DNA of 64,000 bases from the human T2T-CHM13v2.0 reference genome, Homo sapiens. This document shows, in pieces, positions 14,952 to 28,630 of the stretch. The notes beneath the pieces are model-generated. The model saw nothing but the letters and a program-made list of their open reading frames with translations, ran no database searches and was not told the origin of the DNA. Numbering within the stretch: position 1 is the first letter of the stretch; the number at the start of each line of letters is the position of its first letter. The stretch lies in NCBI RefSeq assembly GCF_009914755.1, contig NC_060932.1; one strand, written 5' to 3'. A program made the position numbers and the translations under genes.

Positions 14952-15248
14952 CAGGGGTCGGCAAACTTTTCTGTGTAGAGTCAGAGAGTAAACGTTTTGG
15001 GCTTTACAAGCCATATGGTCTCTCTTGCAAGTACTCAATTCTGCCATTGTAGCAGGAGAGTGGCCAGAGACAGGAAGTAAATGAATTGAGTGTGGCTGGA
15101 TTCCAATAAAACTTTATTTATGAACACTGACATTTGATTTTCATATAATTTTCACATGTCATAAAGTACTATTCTTCTTTTGATTTTTTTAACCACTTAA
15201 AAATGTGAAAGCCATTCTTAGCCCACAGACTCTAATTTGCCACACCAG
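14952..15248 (+). mobile_element. MER58B hAT MITE
   Basis: caggggtcggcaaacttttctgt...ttccaataaaactttatttatgaacactga...aaccacttaaaaatgtgaaagccattcttagc. Confidence 0.85.
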
Positions 15249-15464
15249 GTCTACACCATCCATAAATAATATCTTGATTAATCTTGGAGGGAACTAAAGA
15301 AGAAGAAAGATGATATTGCTCTAAGAATTAGAAGGTGGAGGGAGGTGTTCTGTGCTATTTAATGTATTTTAGATCCTTATTCCCATTTCATTATAGGACA
15401 TAAGTTTTCTCCATCACACCTCACAGAAAGAATGGGAAAAAAAGAATCCCTGCTATTAACATCA

Positions 15465-15808
<344 letters not shown>

Positions 15809-18129
15809 GGAATGTTTTGAGTAAATTCAGTTTACATATTAGCATATGATTTTGAAATTTATCCTTTTATTCTCGCTATAAAACATCCTATAAATTCAGT
15901 TTGCATCCTGTGCCTTTCAGTTAAACAAAAACTGAATAAAGCCAGTTTTAAAAAAGTCACAAAAGTTGAAGAAGAATTGATGGGCCAGGGAAAACACAAA
16001 GTAAAGAGAAAGTCCTGGCAACCCTGGCCAGGGATCAGTGAGACACAGGAACATCTTTCCAAGCTGTCAATGACAGGCTGATTTACTAATTTTAGAGTAT
16101 GGAGGTACAGAGTTAACTTACCAACTAATCAATGTGTTTTCTCCCTTGACTGTTTCCAAACACGGAGTGCTGGTCAGTTGCTTCAGGTAAACCCAATCAG
16201 CTATAAACACTACGCTAACAATATCGGTAAGATCAATCAAGCACTAAATTGCTCCTGAAAATATACTGTCTCTTCTGGCTTTATTTCCCCACCTGGCTGG
16301 ACTACTGTTTTCTGCTGTGCATCTCCAGCATAAAGCATAACCTCATTTTGAAGTCAGGCGTGGCCTTGCTATTGGCCTTTGAAAGGGGGTTACCATACTG
16401 CACACTTCCTAAAAAGTAAAAGTCGGCAAGGGTGTGGAAGCATTTCTAAGTGTCAAAGACACCTTTGAGGGTAACAGATGAACTAGACTTAGAAGCTGGG
16501 AGTCTTTGCCCTCTTCATGCCCTTTTACGTTAAGGTCATCATGTCAACTAAACCTTAGCATTTTCCAATCTTTAATAAATGGGAAGGGGAGCTGAACGCA
16601 AACATGATTAAAACCACTTCCTAGAACTCAGAGGTGAAGGCACCACAAAACATTGGCTAGTAGGCAATATGATGGATTGTTATCTTTTGTCAATCAACTT
16701 GAAATGTTTAGGAAAGACTGTCAAAAAATTCTTAAAACATTTCCTCATAATATAGTTGGATTTTTAAAATCTTTGTACTCTTTATTTCAATGAATAGGCC
16801 TGAATGACAAAATATGGATAAACATTTTGTTTTTACTTCAGTGTCTGTTATTCTATTCTAGTTTTGTTTTATGGTTACTTGTATTTCTATCATTTTTCTC
16901 ATTCCAGTCCTAACCGCAGTACATTTAACAAGAATGCCAAATGAACCTGAACTGCTGGAAGGATTTTACATACTTGTAAGACAACTGGGCTAATGTGGGC
17001 ATCATAGTCACAGAATGATATGTGCAAGGCCATAGAAGAAGCTCCAAATCTAAGAGGTAAAAAAACAAACAAATGAAAAACTTTAAACCCCATTTAATAG
17101 CCACCTCTCCAAAAGAAGTACTAGTCCAAATGATTCTTGCTTTGTTCTGAAACATTTCCAGTGATGTTCCAAAGCAGCATAGGTTCATTAGATCAGGTGA
17201 GTAAGGAAAGTTAACAAGAAGCAAACGTTATTAAATAGCCTCTGTTTAGGATAGAGGAGGCCCATCTGTCTGCAGTGAAGGCAACACAAGAGCTTACAAA
17301 TAATCTGCCTTCCCCAAGGTACATGGCTCCAGGACACCTCCTTTGTGTGCTTGGAATGTGAAGAATTTAGGAGACAATCCTAGACTGTTGCAGTGTTGGG
17401 GGATCCTTGTTTGAATTGGGGACACAATGCAGCCGGCTGCCACTCATGACCTTGATAAGCCAATGCATCCATCACTCTGCCAGTCTCCATGCTGGTCTCA
17501 CCATCATCAGAGTGGTGGGGAGGAAATCCTAATTTGTTGAAGCCTGACACATCCCTAGTAGCATCTCCTAAGCAGCTTCTAAAATAATCTGTTGTAAAAG
17601 CAGCAGAATGCTTGGGTTGGAGAATGGTCACAAACTGGCTATGACACGAGGTCTCAAGTGTCACTGAAAAGTCCCATTGAAATGGAGGTCGGTTCTAAGC
17701 CCTTTTGTGGTCTGTGGTGGTCGTTCAGTGCCAAGAAGAGGGAGATGACCCTTCGGCCAATGTCCCTCTCAGGAGTTCCTTTACAGCACACCACGACTCC
17801 CTTCAGTAACATCCACTTCATGCCCTTGATATCCTTTTCTTCTGCTCTGTTCAAAAAGACTTCACTTTTACATTATAATCTGAAGATCTTTCAGTGGGCC
17901 CAGAGAAAAAGAATCAACTCAGGGACAAAGTACATTTTCCACATTGATCTTTCAATAGCCTCATGTCTGACTAATTTTTTAACGGGTCTTTTCAAAAGAT
18001 GGGTCCTTTAAAAAACAACTCAAGAGAGCTAGAGACAGGAAGATCCCCTTTTCTTCAAAGTCTTTCCAATAAAGGAGGAGTAATGCTGTTTTCTTTAAGC
18101 AAATAATCGGTGGCCTCAGTTACAATTTA

Positions 18130-18270
18130 ACTTACTGATTTAAGGTAGGTGCAATTATTGCCCCCATTTTACACATGAGGGAGCTGAAGTACAACAGGTT
18201 ATTTGCCAAAGACCATACAGCTTATAAGTGGCCTTGCTGTCAATGCACTGAACCATGTTACTTCTGCTAC
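18130..18270 (-). mobile_element. MIR relic
   Basis: aggtaggtgcaattattgcccccattttacacatgagggagctgaagtaca. Confidence 0.75.
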
Positions 18271-18385
18271 ACCTCTATAATTAGAGCAGTTCATTCTATT
18301 ATTTTAAATGAACTCCACTCCTTTCTCCCTTCCAACACTGAAATGAAAATCTCATCTTCACTGATGCTTAGTCTAATTACTAAAG

Positions 18386-18581
18386 CAGTGGTCTTCAGTG
18401 ACCCCACCAAGGCACATCTGGCAGTCAGGAGATATTTTTGACTGTCATGTGTATGGGGGTGAAGAATGCTACCTACTGGCATCCAGTGGGTGGAGGCCAG
18501 GGATGCTGTTAAACATCCTATAATGTACAGGGCAAGTCTCCATGACACAGAGTCATCCAGACCACAATATCAATAATGCTG
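18386..18581 (+). mobile_element. MER20 hAT MITE
   Basis: ggagatatttttgactgtca...ctactggcatccagtgggtggaggccagggatgctgttaaacatcctataatgtacagg. Confidence 0.9.
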
Positions 18582-18939
18582 AACAGTCAGATAAGTATTT
18601 TCATGACACAGGTCTTCCTCCCTCCATTGCTCTTCTCATTTCTACCATTTTCACCATAGCAATGGTCTGTTGAGTATTTGTGCCCCAAACTAGCTAGGAA
18701 GCCATCTTTCCTAGTAAGTAGGATTTCTTGCCCTTCCCCTACCTGATCTCCCCTACTTCCTCAAGAAACCTAACAGATTTATGTAGTCCCATTTCTGCAC
18801 TTTGAGTCAAACCATTCCACTTCATGTAACTCCTATACAGTCTTCCAAGCCTATTCCAAGTGAAGTTTTGCCTGAGAAGGCCAGTCCACAGCAACTACAT
18901 CCTCCTCCTGGAATCTGAACTTCCAGTTTTGCAATTAAA

Positions 18940-19185
18940 GTGATGATAATAATCGCTGCCACTGCATTCCTACCATGTGCCCCACACTTTGGCCAAGCAT
19001 TTGATACATATTATTGCTAATCCTTCAAACGACCCTAAAATAAAGATACTGCCATCTCCATTTTTCCCTAGGACTAAAGAGAAGCTAAGAGAAGGTAAAG
19101 GAGTTCAAAAGCTTTAACCCAAGGAGTGGGAAAACCAGGATTGAAACCCACATCAGACTAACTCCAGAGCCCAGCTCTTTCCAAA
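18940..19185 (-). mobile_element. MIR relic
   Basis: ctaccatgtgccccacact...taatccttcaaacgaccct...ccaggattgaaacccacatcagactaactccagagccc. Confidence 0.7.
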
Positions 19186-19429
19186 TGGGTCCCACTACCA
19201 GGCACAGTTAAGCTCACATACATCTCTCATTCTCTCAAAGTACCTGGAAGAATTTCAATAAATACCTGTTGACTGACTGATCAAACAATAATAACCTCTC
19301 TGGGGTTCCGAGGCCGCTCTGAGAGTGAGCCTCTCATTGTACAATTTCTCTTTTATTACTCCCACACATTAATGGGTCATTCTCCTTGCCTTCCCTTACT
19401 GTATGTATATGTATATATATATATATATA

Positions 19430-19912
19430 AATTTTTTAACAGCTTTATGGAGCTATAATTGATATGCGATAAATTGCACATTGGTAAACTGTATATTTTG
19501 ATAAGTTTGACATGCATATGCACTCATGCATCCACTTCCAATATTAAGTTAATAAAATACCCATCACTCTTTAAAGTTTTTGCACTCTCTTTTCCTTACC
19601 ATCCACTCCAACCATTGTACTGCAACCACTAATCTGTCTCCTGTCATTGTACATTAATTTGCATCTCCTAGAAGTCTGTATAAATGGCATCCTATAACAT
19701 ATACATTCTTTCTTCTCTGGCTTCTTCACTCAGCATATTTTGGGATCATCCATGTCAGCATGTATCAATAGTTTGTTCTCTTTTATTGCTGAATATTATT
19801 CCACTGCATGGATATAGCACAGTCTACTCATCCATTCACCTCTGATGGGCATCTGCGTTGTTTCCAGTTTGTGGCTACTATAAATAAAGCTGCTGTGAAC
19901 ACGTGTAGACAA
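19430..19912 (-). mobile_element. Old L1 (L1MB/MC-type) 3' end, preceded by (TA)n at ~19400-19428
   Basis: aacagctttatggagctataattgata...aaccactaatctg...tattgctgaatattattccactgcatgga...tttccagtttgtggctactataaataaagctgctgtgaaca. Confidence 0.85.
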
Positions 19913-20094
19913 ATCACCATTCTCTTTAAAATCCACCTCTATCTGAAGAAGAATTTTGCCAGATCATACAGCTGTATTAAATTTTGAACGGTTTTTCCAG
20001 TATAAAGAAATGGAGATGAGAAACAAAACCTCATTCTCTTTTTGAATGCATACCAGGGCATGGTTTTCCAGGACAGATGGCTGGTCTTGTCATT

Positions 20095-20280
20095 TGGACC
20101 CATCCCTTGATAATAACTAAGTCTAATTTCAGTTTCCTTATGTATAAAATCAATATAATAGAGCCTCCTTCATAGGGCTATTGGGAAGATTAAATGATTA
20201 TTATTATTCTCGCAAAATCTTAATCTCAAACCAGTGTGTGGCGAGTGCTTAATAAATATGGGCTATGATTACTATTAATC
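20095..20280 (+). mobile_element. MIR relic
   Basis: ttcagtttccttatgtataaaatc...cctccttcatagggctattgggaagattaaatga...gtgcttaataaat. Confidence 0.7.
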
Positions 20281-20429
20281 TTAACATCTATTATGAAAAA
20301 TGATTAACCCTCATTATGCCTTCAAACAGAAATTCCTATGATTTCTGCCAAATTTCTCTATTCAGATTTTACCTTAAGTGACCATTCTACCACTATGACA
20401 TCATATAGCAAACAAATGATGGTCTAACA

Positions 20430-20651
20430 CAGGGATGTCCAATCTTTTGGCTTCCCTGGGCCACACTGGAAGAAGAACTGTCTTGGGCTACACGTAAAAT
20501 ACATTAACACTTGTGATAGCTGATGAGCTAGGAAAAAAAAATCACAGAAAATATCATAATGTTTTTTAAAAGTTTACGAATTTGTGTTGGGTTGCATTCA
20601 AAGCCATTCTGTGCTGCAGGTGGCCCACAGGCCACAGGTTGGACAAACTTG
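20430..20651 (+). mobile_element. MER30 hAT MITE, full length
   Basis: cagggatgtccaatcttttggcttccctgggccac...ggttggacaaacttg with perfect 8-bp TSD gtctaaca (20422-20429, 20652-20659). Confidence 0.92.
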
Positions 20652-21713
20652 GTCTAACACAATGCTTCTCAAACCTTTTTGAAACCCTGCCCCCTTTAGA
20701 AAAACAAAAATATATATACATCTTGAAAGAATTGACACATGGTGCCTAAAAACACACCAATATAACCTTTCCCCTGGGTCTAACAGGACAGCACTAGTGA
20801 GAACATGCTGCAGTCTTCTAACTAGTAGCTCCCTGTGAATCATCTGATTACTCATTCATCAGAGAGAAGGAAATGAATGGACTCAGTGAAACCCAACTAG
20901 TTTCCAGGAAGCCTGTGATAAACATCCCCCCTACCCCGGCTTACATTGCATCTTACCACTTACTACCTATCAGGCCCCTAAGATCTACCCCTTGTATTTT
21001 CACATATGCGGGCAAGTCTGAAAAGGGACCGTTTGAAAGAGAAGTACTTGGCCCTGGGTGAAGGAGAGAAAGGTCTGTAATTCAAGCCTGGGTGACCATC
21101 CATGAGGAAGGCTAGGAAGGAGCCTAGTGCTGCGGGGTCCTCTGGCCTAGACAGTAAGCTTCCCACAAAAAGATGGCAGGTGTGATAACTAGACATACAC
21201 ATTATCAGAAGAACGCTTTGACAAGGCAAATTGTCAAGGAGTTCTACCAGAGAAGAGAGCCTGGAAGAGAACTTTATGTATCTTTCCAACCACAGCTGGG
21301 AATGAAGGGCCTGGTGGGCTTGGAAAGCATAGCTTAAGAGCACAGGATGACGACTCAGTCAGACTTAGGAGAACAACTCCTCACAACCAACTATGCCATT
21401 ACCAAAAAGCCATGGAGGTGTGACTTGGTTTCCTAAACACAGGCCCTGGGATACAGGACAGGAACGTCCTCCAGGATGCTCTTCCTTATGATGATCATAG
21501 GTGAACACAGACACGAAGGACAGGACTGCTCTCCTCCTCCACCCCAAATCACTGCCCTCTCTAAAAAGCCTTTCCTAACCCTCATCACATAATAGATGCT
21601 CAACAGTTATGTGCTGAATTGTGATTGGTTAATTCGTGAATGTTCAACTTCCATTCTTATGTTCTACACCTGGGCCATAACAAGTCTCCTAAGAGCCTTG
21701 AAAAGGCAGTCTT

Positions 21714-22033
21714 GGCCAGGCGCAATGGCTCACATCTGTAATCCCAACACTTTGGGAGGCCGAGGCAGGTGGATCACCTGAGGTCAGGATTTCAAGACTA
21801 GCCTGGTCAACATGGTGAAACCCCAACTCTACTAAAAATACAAAAAATTAGCCGGGTGTGATGGCTGATGCCATAATCCCAGCGACTCAGAGGGCTGAGG
21901 CAAGGGAATCACTTGAACCCAGGAGGGAGGCAAAGGTTGCAGTGAGCCAAGATCAGGCCATGGCACTCCAGCATGGGCAACAAGAGCGAAACTCCATCTT
22001 AATTTAAAAAAAAAGAAAAAGAAAAAGAAGAAA
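21714..22033 (+). mobile_element. AluS (Sx/Sq-like)
   Basis: Full Alu; TSD gaaaaggcagtctt. Confidence 0.95.
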
Positions 22034-22149
22034 GAAAAGGCAGTCTTCCCACTAAGTAGCTAGGATTGTTAAGCACTCCAGTCAGTGCCTAACATATTGA
22101 GGGGTTCAAAAAATGTCTGGTCTCTTTAAAAAAAAAAAATCTAAAGTGA

Positions 22150-22460
22150 GGCTGGGCGTGGTGGCTCACGCCTGTAATCCCAGCACTTTGGGAGGCCGAG
22201 GCGGGAGGATCACCTGAGGTCAGAAGATCGAGACCATCATGGCCAACATGGTGAAACCCCATCTCTACTAAAAATAAAAAATTAGCCAGGCACGGTGGCA
22301 GGCGCCTGTAGTCCCAGCTACGTGGGAGGCTGAGGAGGAGAATCGCTTGAACCCAGGAGGCAGAGGTTGCAGTGAGCCAAGATTGCGCCACTGCACTCCA
22401 GCCTGGCAACAGAGTTAGACCCCATCTCAAAAGAAAAAAAAAAAAAAAAAGGAAAAGAAA
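22150..22460 (+). mobile_element. AluS
   Basis: Full Alu; TSD aaaaaaatc(t/g)aaagtga. Confidence 0.95.
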
Positions 22461-23139
22461 AAAAAATCGAAAGTGATCTGCACCAGAGCAAACCACTGTC
22501 ACTACCTGGGATGTTTAGTGGCTTCAGGAGTATATTCCCAAATGACAATGTATCTCCCAACACTTCCACATCAAATAACTTCCCCACTCACACACAGACA
22601 GACACAAATACACAACACACACAAATAACCTAAGGAGGGAAAATATTTTAGCAGCAGGAAAAACCTGTTTCTGTGCTCTAGGACTTCTGAATTAATTTTC
22701 TAAGGTTTGAAAGTAATATACTTTATATTGTTTAGTAGCCACACTACCAGCAAGAAGTAGAAGTAGCCAATACCTCAATAAAAAGTTGAAGTACCGCCTA
22801 AAAAGCAGCTCACACTTTGGCAAAGAGTGCAAAATTACAAGTATGTTTCCTTTTAATGCAAAGACTGAACTCTAATAACTCTGTAGTCAAGCAATAGGCA
22901 GACGAGTTAAGTATCAGGATTTCTTACTTATCCTAACACCTTCTCATAAAAAGAGAAACCAATTATTTCACTAAATGATTAAAAAGAGGCAGACATCTAA
23001 GACTGTTTGGAGTTCATTTTGTTAGAAAGCTTAGACATATCTTTCACAATTGAGAAGAACTAGAATTTTTTTTCAAAAGAGGATTACTAATCCACCTTAT
23101 ATAGAATACTTTTTCCATAAAATTTTCCACTCAAAAATG

Positions 23140-23320
23140 TTTCATATATATGTGCATAACATGATATAGATTAAATAGATTAGGTAAATATAATATAAAC
23201 ATATGGATGGATATGATAGGTATAGATCTACAGAAAAATATTAATAGATATAGATATACATAACTGATTAACGAATGAATGGACTGATTGATTGATTGGC
23301 AGACAGGCAGGCAGACAAAA
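23140..23320. repeat. Low-complexity TA/TAGA/GATT/GGCA region
   Basis: Degenerate short repeats seen directly. Confidence 0.6.
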
Positions 23321-23728
23321 AAGTAGAGGATTTACATGGACTGGACCCAAATTAAAATTGAGTTCAGCTTCCCTCAATCCAACCTCCAAAATTTCTCTTG
23401 TTCTCCCCTTCTGCTTCTCTGTATGATGGTCTTGAGTACCTCCCTTTTCTCCACCCCACCAGACCCAAATTTTCCAGGAAGAAAGATCAGATAAAATCAT
23501 TAATCTAATGTGCATGTAAATTGCTGGTACTATGCTGGGAGGACCCTAAACAGAAATACACCTACTTTGGCCTGGCCAAGGCAGAGGTTCCAAATCCTGA
23601 TATTTCAATACTGTGTTTCAGAGCAGCTACAAGCCTTTTAGGGCAACAGGGGAGAGTAGCCAGCGGCTCACGGCAGTATAGTCCTAAGGATGTTGTCCTT
23701 ATTTGTAGAGTACACTGAATCATACAAC

Positions 23729-24296
23729 TGTCAACTTGGTAAGCCAGGAACTCTCATTTAATGGAATACCCTTCCCGCTATGGTCCTGGGGTACGGCTAG
23801 CCATATGGGGAGCTTAATGAGACTTGGAAAGTGAACCTGAAAACAGGCCACCACTCTCATAAGGTTGATGGAAACACCATGATGGACAACGGCAGGTGCC
23901 CAATGGGGTCCAGCTTGTCTTTGCTTTCTTCTGCTCTGATCCCTGTTTCTTCCTAACAAGCAGCCCTGTTGAGCAGCAAGGGCTCCACCCAGCACCAGAC
24001 ACATGGCTGCAGACCACAGGGTTTGGAACTCCACAGACACAGAGGCAGCAGCAGCTTTTGGAATGTTTCATCCGTTCCCTGCTATGGTCCCTCATCAGCA
24101 TCCTGCAGTTCTGACCTGCCCAACCCTACGCAAGAACTTCTGGTGAAACTTTCTCTAATCCTCTCACTTTCCTTCAAGACCTTTACTTCCGCCAGCTCCT
24201 CTACTATTTGAGGAAGGACCAATTTCTATAATAAATCCCTTAATCCCATAATACTCACCATGTTTGTGTTTCTTTGACTGACAGCTGGTTGATAAA
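23729..24296 (+). mobile_element. Solo ERVL-class LTR (LTR41/50/52-like)
   Basis: 5' tgtcaacttggtaagccaggaact...gaatacccttccc; 3' ttctataataaatcccttaatcccataatactca...gtttctttgactga, typical of these LTR termini; AATAAA at 24230. Confidence 0.65.
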
Positions 24297-24714
24297 TAGG
24301 ATAATACAGAGAAAAGACCTCAATGCATAGCCTCTGCGTATACTAGTGATCCATTTATGAAACAACTTGCAATTCCATGCAGGTGAACACAGGGATGCAA
24401 AAACTGTTCACCAAAGAACACATTTCTTTACTGCCACACATAGGACCCAAATACACACACTTAGAACCACACTGAACCTCTAAAAATCTTCTCCAAAAAT
24501 ACTACCATCATCACAAATCACTTGCTACCACAGAGCGCTCAATGAGTGCTAAGGTTTCAGTATTTCACAAGACAAATAAACAACTCTCAGGTAAAAATGA
24601 GTAAGTGACTTCTTTCTTATGCGTTATGTTCTTACCCCCCAAAAATAAAACAAATCTTTCCTAGATTCCCTTTAGTCAAGGACCAATAGATCCATTTATC
24701 AACACATCTTAAGC

Positions 24715-24983
24715 CAGTGGTCACAAATTGGGTTCTTGCAAGCTGATTCTGGCCCACAGACGTGTTTGATTTGGACCTCCGACTTTTTCGAATGTTTGAA
24801 CTGATCCCAATTTTTGGAAATTGGGAGATTTTCCCTAAAATTCCACATTTCCAACTTCTGAAAGACTCGAAGGTCTAGTCCCCTGGCCCCACTTTCTTGC
24901 ATGACAACCATCTCAGTTACCACTCTGCATTCCACTCATAACATCTACCTGGGCCCTGAAAATAACTAAGATGGCAACCACCA
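24715..24983. mobile_element. MER102-type hAT MITE
   Basis: cagtggtcacaaa...tggcccacagacgtgtttgatttgg...aaattgggagattt...atttccaacttctgaaagactcgaaggtct. Confidence 0.75.
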
Positions 24984-25529
24984 ACTTGTACACTCTCAGG
25001 AAGCCAGTCCCCAGGGGCCTTAGAGGATCAAGGAGGTTCTCTTCATGTGACGTCTGCATTTCCTCAGCTGGTGACTTGCTGGTAAGGGCCATTTACATTT
25101 GGGGTTGCTTTTAATGCCCCCATTTTCCAGGTCATAATGTAGCACAGTTCTCCAGTTAAAGGAGAGATGATTAAGAAGAGGCACATACCTTAAGCAATTA
25201 GGGCTGTATCAACATGTCCAGGAACAAGCTGGAACACCACCTGGCTCAGCTGCTTCGTGTAAAAATCACATCACCAAAGCATTTGGAGCACAAGTATTAT
25301 TCTTCACCAAGAAGAGCAATTTGAGGAAGACTTATCTGCCTTTTATTAGTAAAAAGACACTGCCTGGTATCACTTTCCCTTTCTTTACATCATGAGATGG
25401 TGAAACCAAAAACAGAAATGGTTGCACAATGGGTGTTCTCAAGTGAAAGGGATTTGCAGGCAAAATGCCTGAGACTGAAATGAGGAAGCATCACAGAGAC
25501 AAAAAATTCCACAAAAAGTGTTTCTGCAA

Positions 25530-25715
25530 ACTTTGACTGAGGCACTTGGGGTAAGTTAATTCCCTTCTCCCTGTACTGGTTTTCTCATCTAAAATCCATC
25601 CTTATTAGGGCACCATAGTGAAGTGAACTAAACACTGCACACAAAACACGTGGCTCAGTGGCTGGCACACCCATTCAATAAAGGCTGAAATTACTGTTAT
25701 CATTTTATTATTATC
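25530..25715 (+). mobile_element. MIR relic
   Basis: cttggggtaagttaattcccttctccctgtactggttttctcatctaaaa...gtggctggcaca...attcaataaa. Confidence 0.7.
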
Positions 25716-27129
25716 AACAAAGACAGCTCATGCAAAATTAAAAACACATTCAACCAAAATAGGGAAGGTGATTCCCTTGGCAGCCACTTCAGTCACAGAG
25801 AGACATTTGTAAATCAAGAGTCTCCAAGTTGAGAGGTTGTATGTGTTATGATTTAGAGATTGTGTTTGGTTTGGTTCAAGTACAACCAGCAAACACATTC
25901 AATAGAAAATGTGCTCATAAAATTGTCTCTCTCTGTAGAATCACGGGATGGCTCGTTACATTCCTAAAACCATTTCATAACCCATTGATTCAACACCACA
26001 AGCTTTTTACAAAAATGTCCAAACATAAAAAGGTAAATTCTCCCATGATGGCCTCCACACATCTGGAGGTAAGTGGTAAAACTGGTGAGGTCCTGTGGTA
26101 ATTTGAAAAGTACTTTGTTCAACTTGCACCTCATTATTCTGCAGCAAGTCATCTGAAAGGGGGCATGCTAAGCAAAATATGAATATGTTTAGTTGGTAAG
26201 CCAAATAACATTCCTAGATTTTAAAAGCAACAGGCTGACTTCTAGTAAAATGTTCAGTAAACAGTTATGCATCTTTGCAAAAGATTTGTAGATCAAAGAG
26301 TATTTGGATTCTGTGTCCCTTAAGAAAAATTAATAGCAAAGACACTATCTCCGTTTTACAGATTAAGAAGTGGAGCAACTGGATAAAATGACAAGATGCT
26401 TTGACTGAATCTCTTAAAAATTCAAAACTCCAAAGTATTACTATCTTGATAAGGAAAGAAATTCCACAGGAAACTTAGAGAGAGAAAATGGCTTGCAATG
26501 GTACAGCTTCATTAAAAAAAAACAAGAGACACCAACTGTCAGGTGACATTCACTCATTTCTAAAAATTAACTGAAGAAACGTGGACACGTGTTCCATGAC
26601 TTCCAGCTTTCTGGTCATTATGGTTTCTGCCTCTCAGCAGTCCTTCCCCGTTGACACAAACTCCATGAAACAATCATCGGAACGTCTGCTAAACTACATG
26701 GACAGCTCACTGAGTTGCTCAAGAAATGTTTAGGTAGAGGCCAAGTAAGTTTCAATCTCCGGTTAGCCTAGAGGTCCAAAGATGAAAATGTTGTATCCTA
26801 GTGAAGGTGATGGGCTTGCAGACACAGACTTCCCAATGCTGTGCACTTCACGCTATATACAAAGACCACTCAAGGACTCAGGAAGCAGAGGAGAAACTAA
26901 CCAGGCCAGCCTTACGTGGACACTATTCCAAGACTCCACAAAGTGAGAGGATTTGGTCTAAATACATGACTGAAAAGAGTATCACCAGCTTGTGAAAAGA
27001 CCCCCGTCTTTTTCACAAGCCATTCAAAGTGGAAGGAATCATATGTTAACAGCCCAGAGATGCGAAATATTCACAAGGAACAGTAGTGGCAGTAAAGATG
27101 ACCTGGGAAGAATAATTAGGGTCAGTTTA

Positions 27130-27300
27130 GAAAGAACTATGTCTCAAAGCCTGGGGTTTTGCCAGCAGGAAAAGGGACGGTCCAGAAAGCTTTTAAACAG
27201 GAAACTGGCCTAACTGGATCACTGTTTTAGACAGAGTTGTTCTATATGTGGACTGAACAAAGCAAGGAAACTGCATGCTAGACTAGTTGCCAAAAACAAG
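27130..27300 (-). mobile_element. L2 relic
   Basis: cagaaagcttttaaacaggaaactggcctaactggatcactgttttagacag. Confidence 0.45.
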
Positions 27301-28226
27301 ACTATATAATTTATTCTGTTTAATGTGTCTTTGCTACTCATCCTTCCCTTCATTTCCCTCAAACACCTCATAACTATGACTAGGTCACTATAAATTCCTA
27401 AACTCAAAATAATATGGATGCTCAGCTTTCTGGAACATTAAGGGTGCAAATCTGGAAAGAAGAAGGAGAAAATGTCTCATTTCTACCTGAAAGAAAACAT
27501 TAAATACAAACTTTTTGACAGATGATGGTTTCTGGAGAATTTTTTTTTTTAACTTGAGTTACTTTTAAAACTTGTCATCACTGACAAGCACAAATTAGGT
27601 GGAAATTCATTTTTTAAAAAAATAGACAAAGTGGTAGAAATTAAGCAACTGGCAGTTATAGTAAAAAAAAAATTCAAGTTCTCTTTTAAAACAAAGAAGT
27701 GCATATCTGCTTAGTAACTATAGTGCTAATCAAGGCAATCACACATCATTCAAAGTTATCACAAACCCGTATTTTCCATTGCCATTCATCTAGGAGTTTC
27801 TGTATGAAAGGTACAGACTTTAACAAGGCTTGCAGTGTTCATTGAAAGCAGCTACTTATTTTTCCACCTCCCACAAAAGAAGATGAGGCATTTTCCTAAG
27901 CTTTGCTGAAGTGCCAACTGCGAGTCACACAATCACAGTCTGGACAGAGGTGAACCATGACAACTGATGGGACCACCTACTTCACAACATTCACTAACAT
28001 ACCTGCCACATGCATGCAGATGCTGTGCTCTTGTTAGTCTTGAAAATGAATTGCTTCAGTTCTCTGTGAGAATACTGAGGGGTCTGTTTAAGCATGACAA
28101 ACTAAAAATCCTCTTACAAACACTGCTGCGATATTAGCTACCATCCTTGCTTCGGTTTACAACTAGACTCTCCTGTGAGATCACAGACAAATTCAGCAGA
28201 CTGTTTTGCTGTAGGTTTTACTTTAA

Positions 28227-28617
<391 letters not shown>

Positions 28618-28630
28618 AGTCGCTACACAC

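Noticed and set aside
17380-18011. Cluster of overlapping ORFs in unique DNA, considered as a processed pseudogene
   Set aside because: No recognisable homology, poly(A) or TSD.
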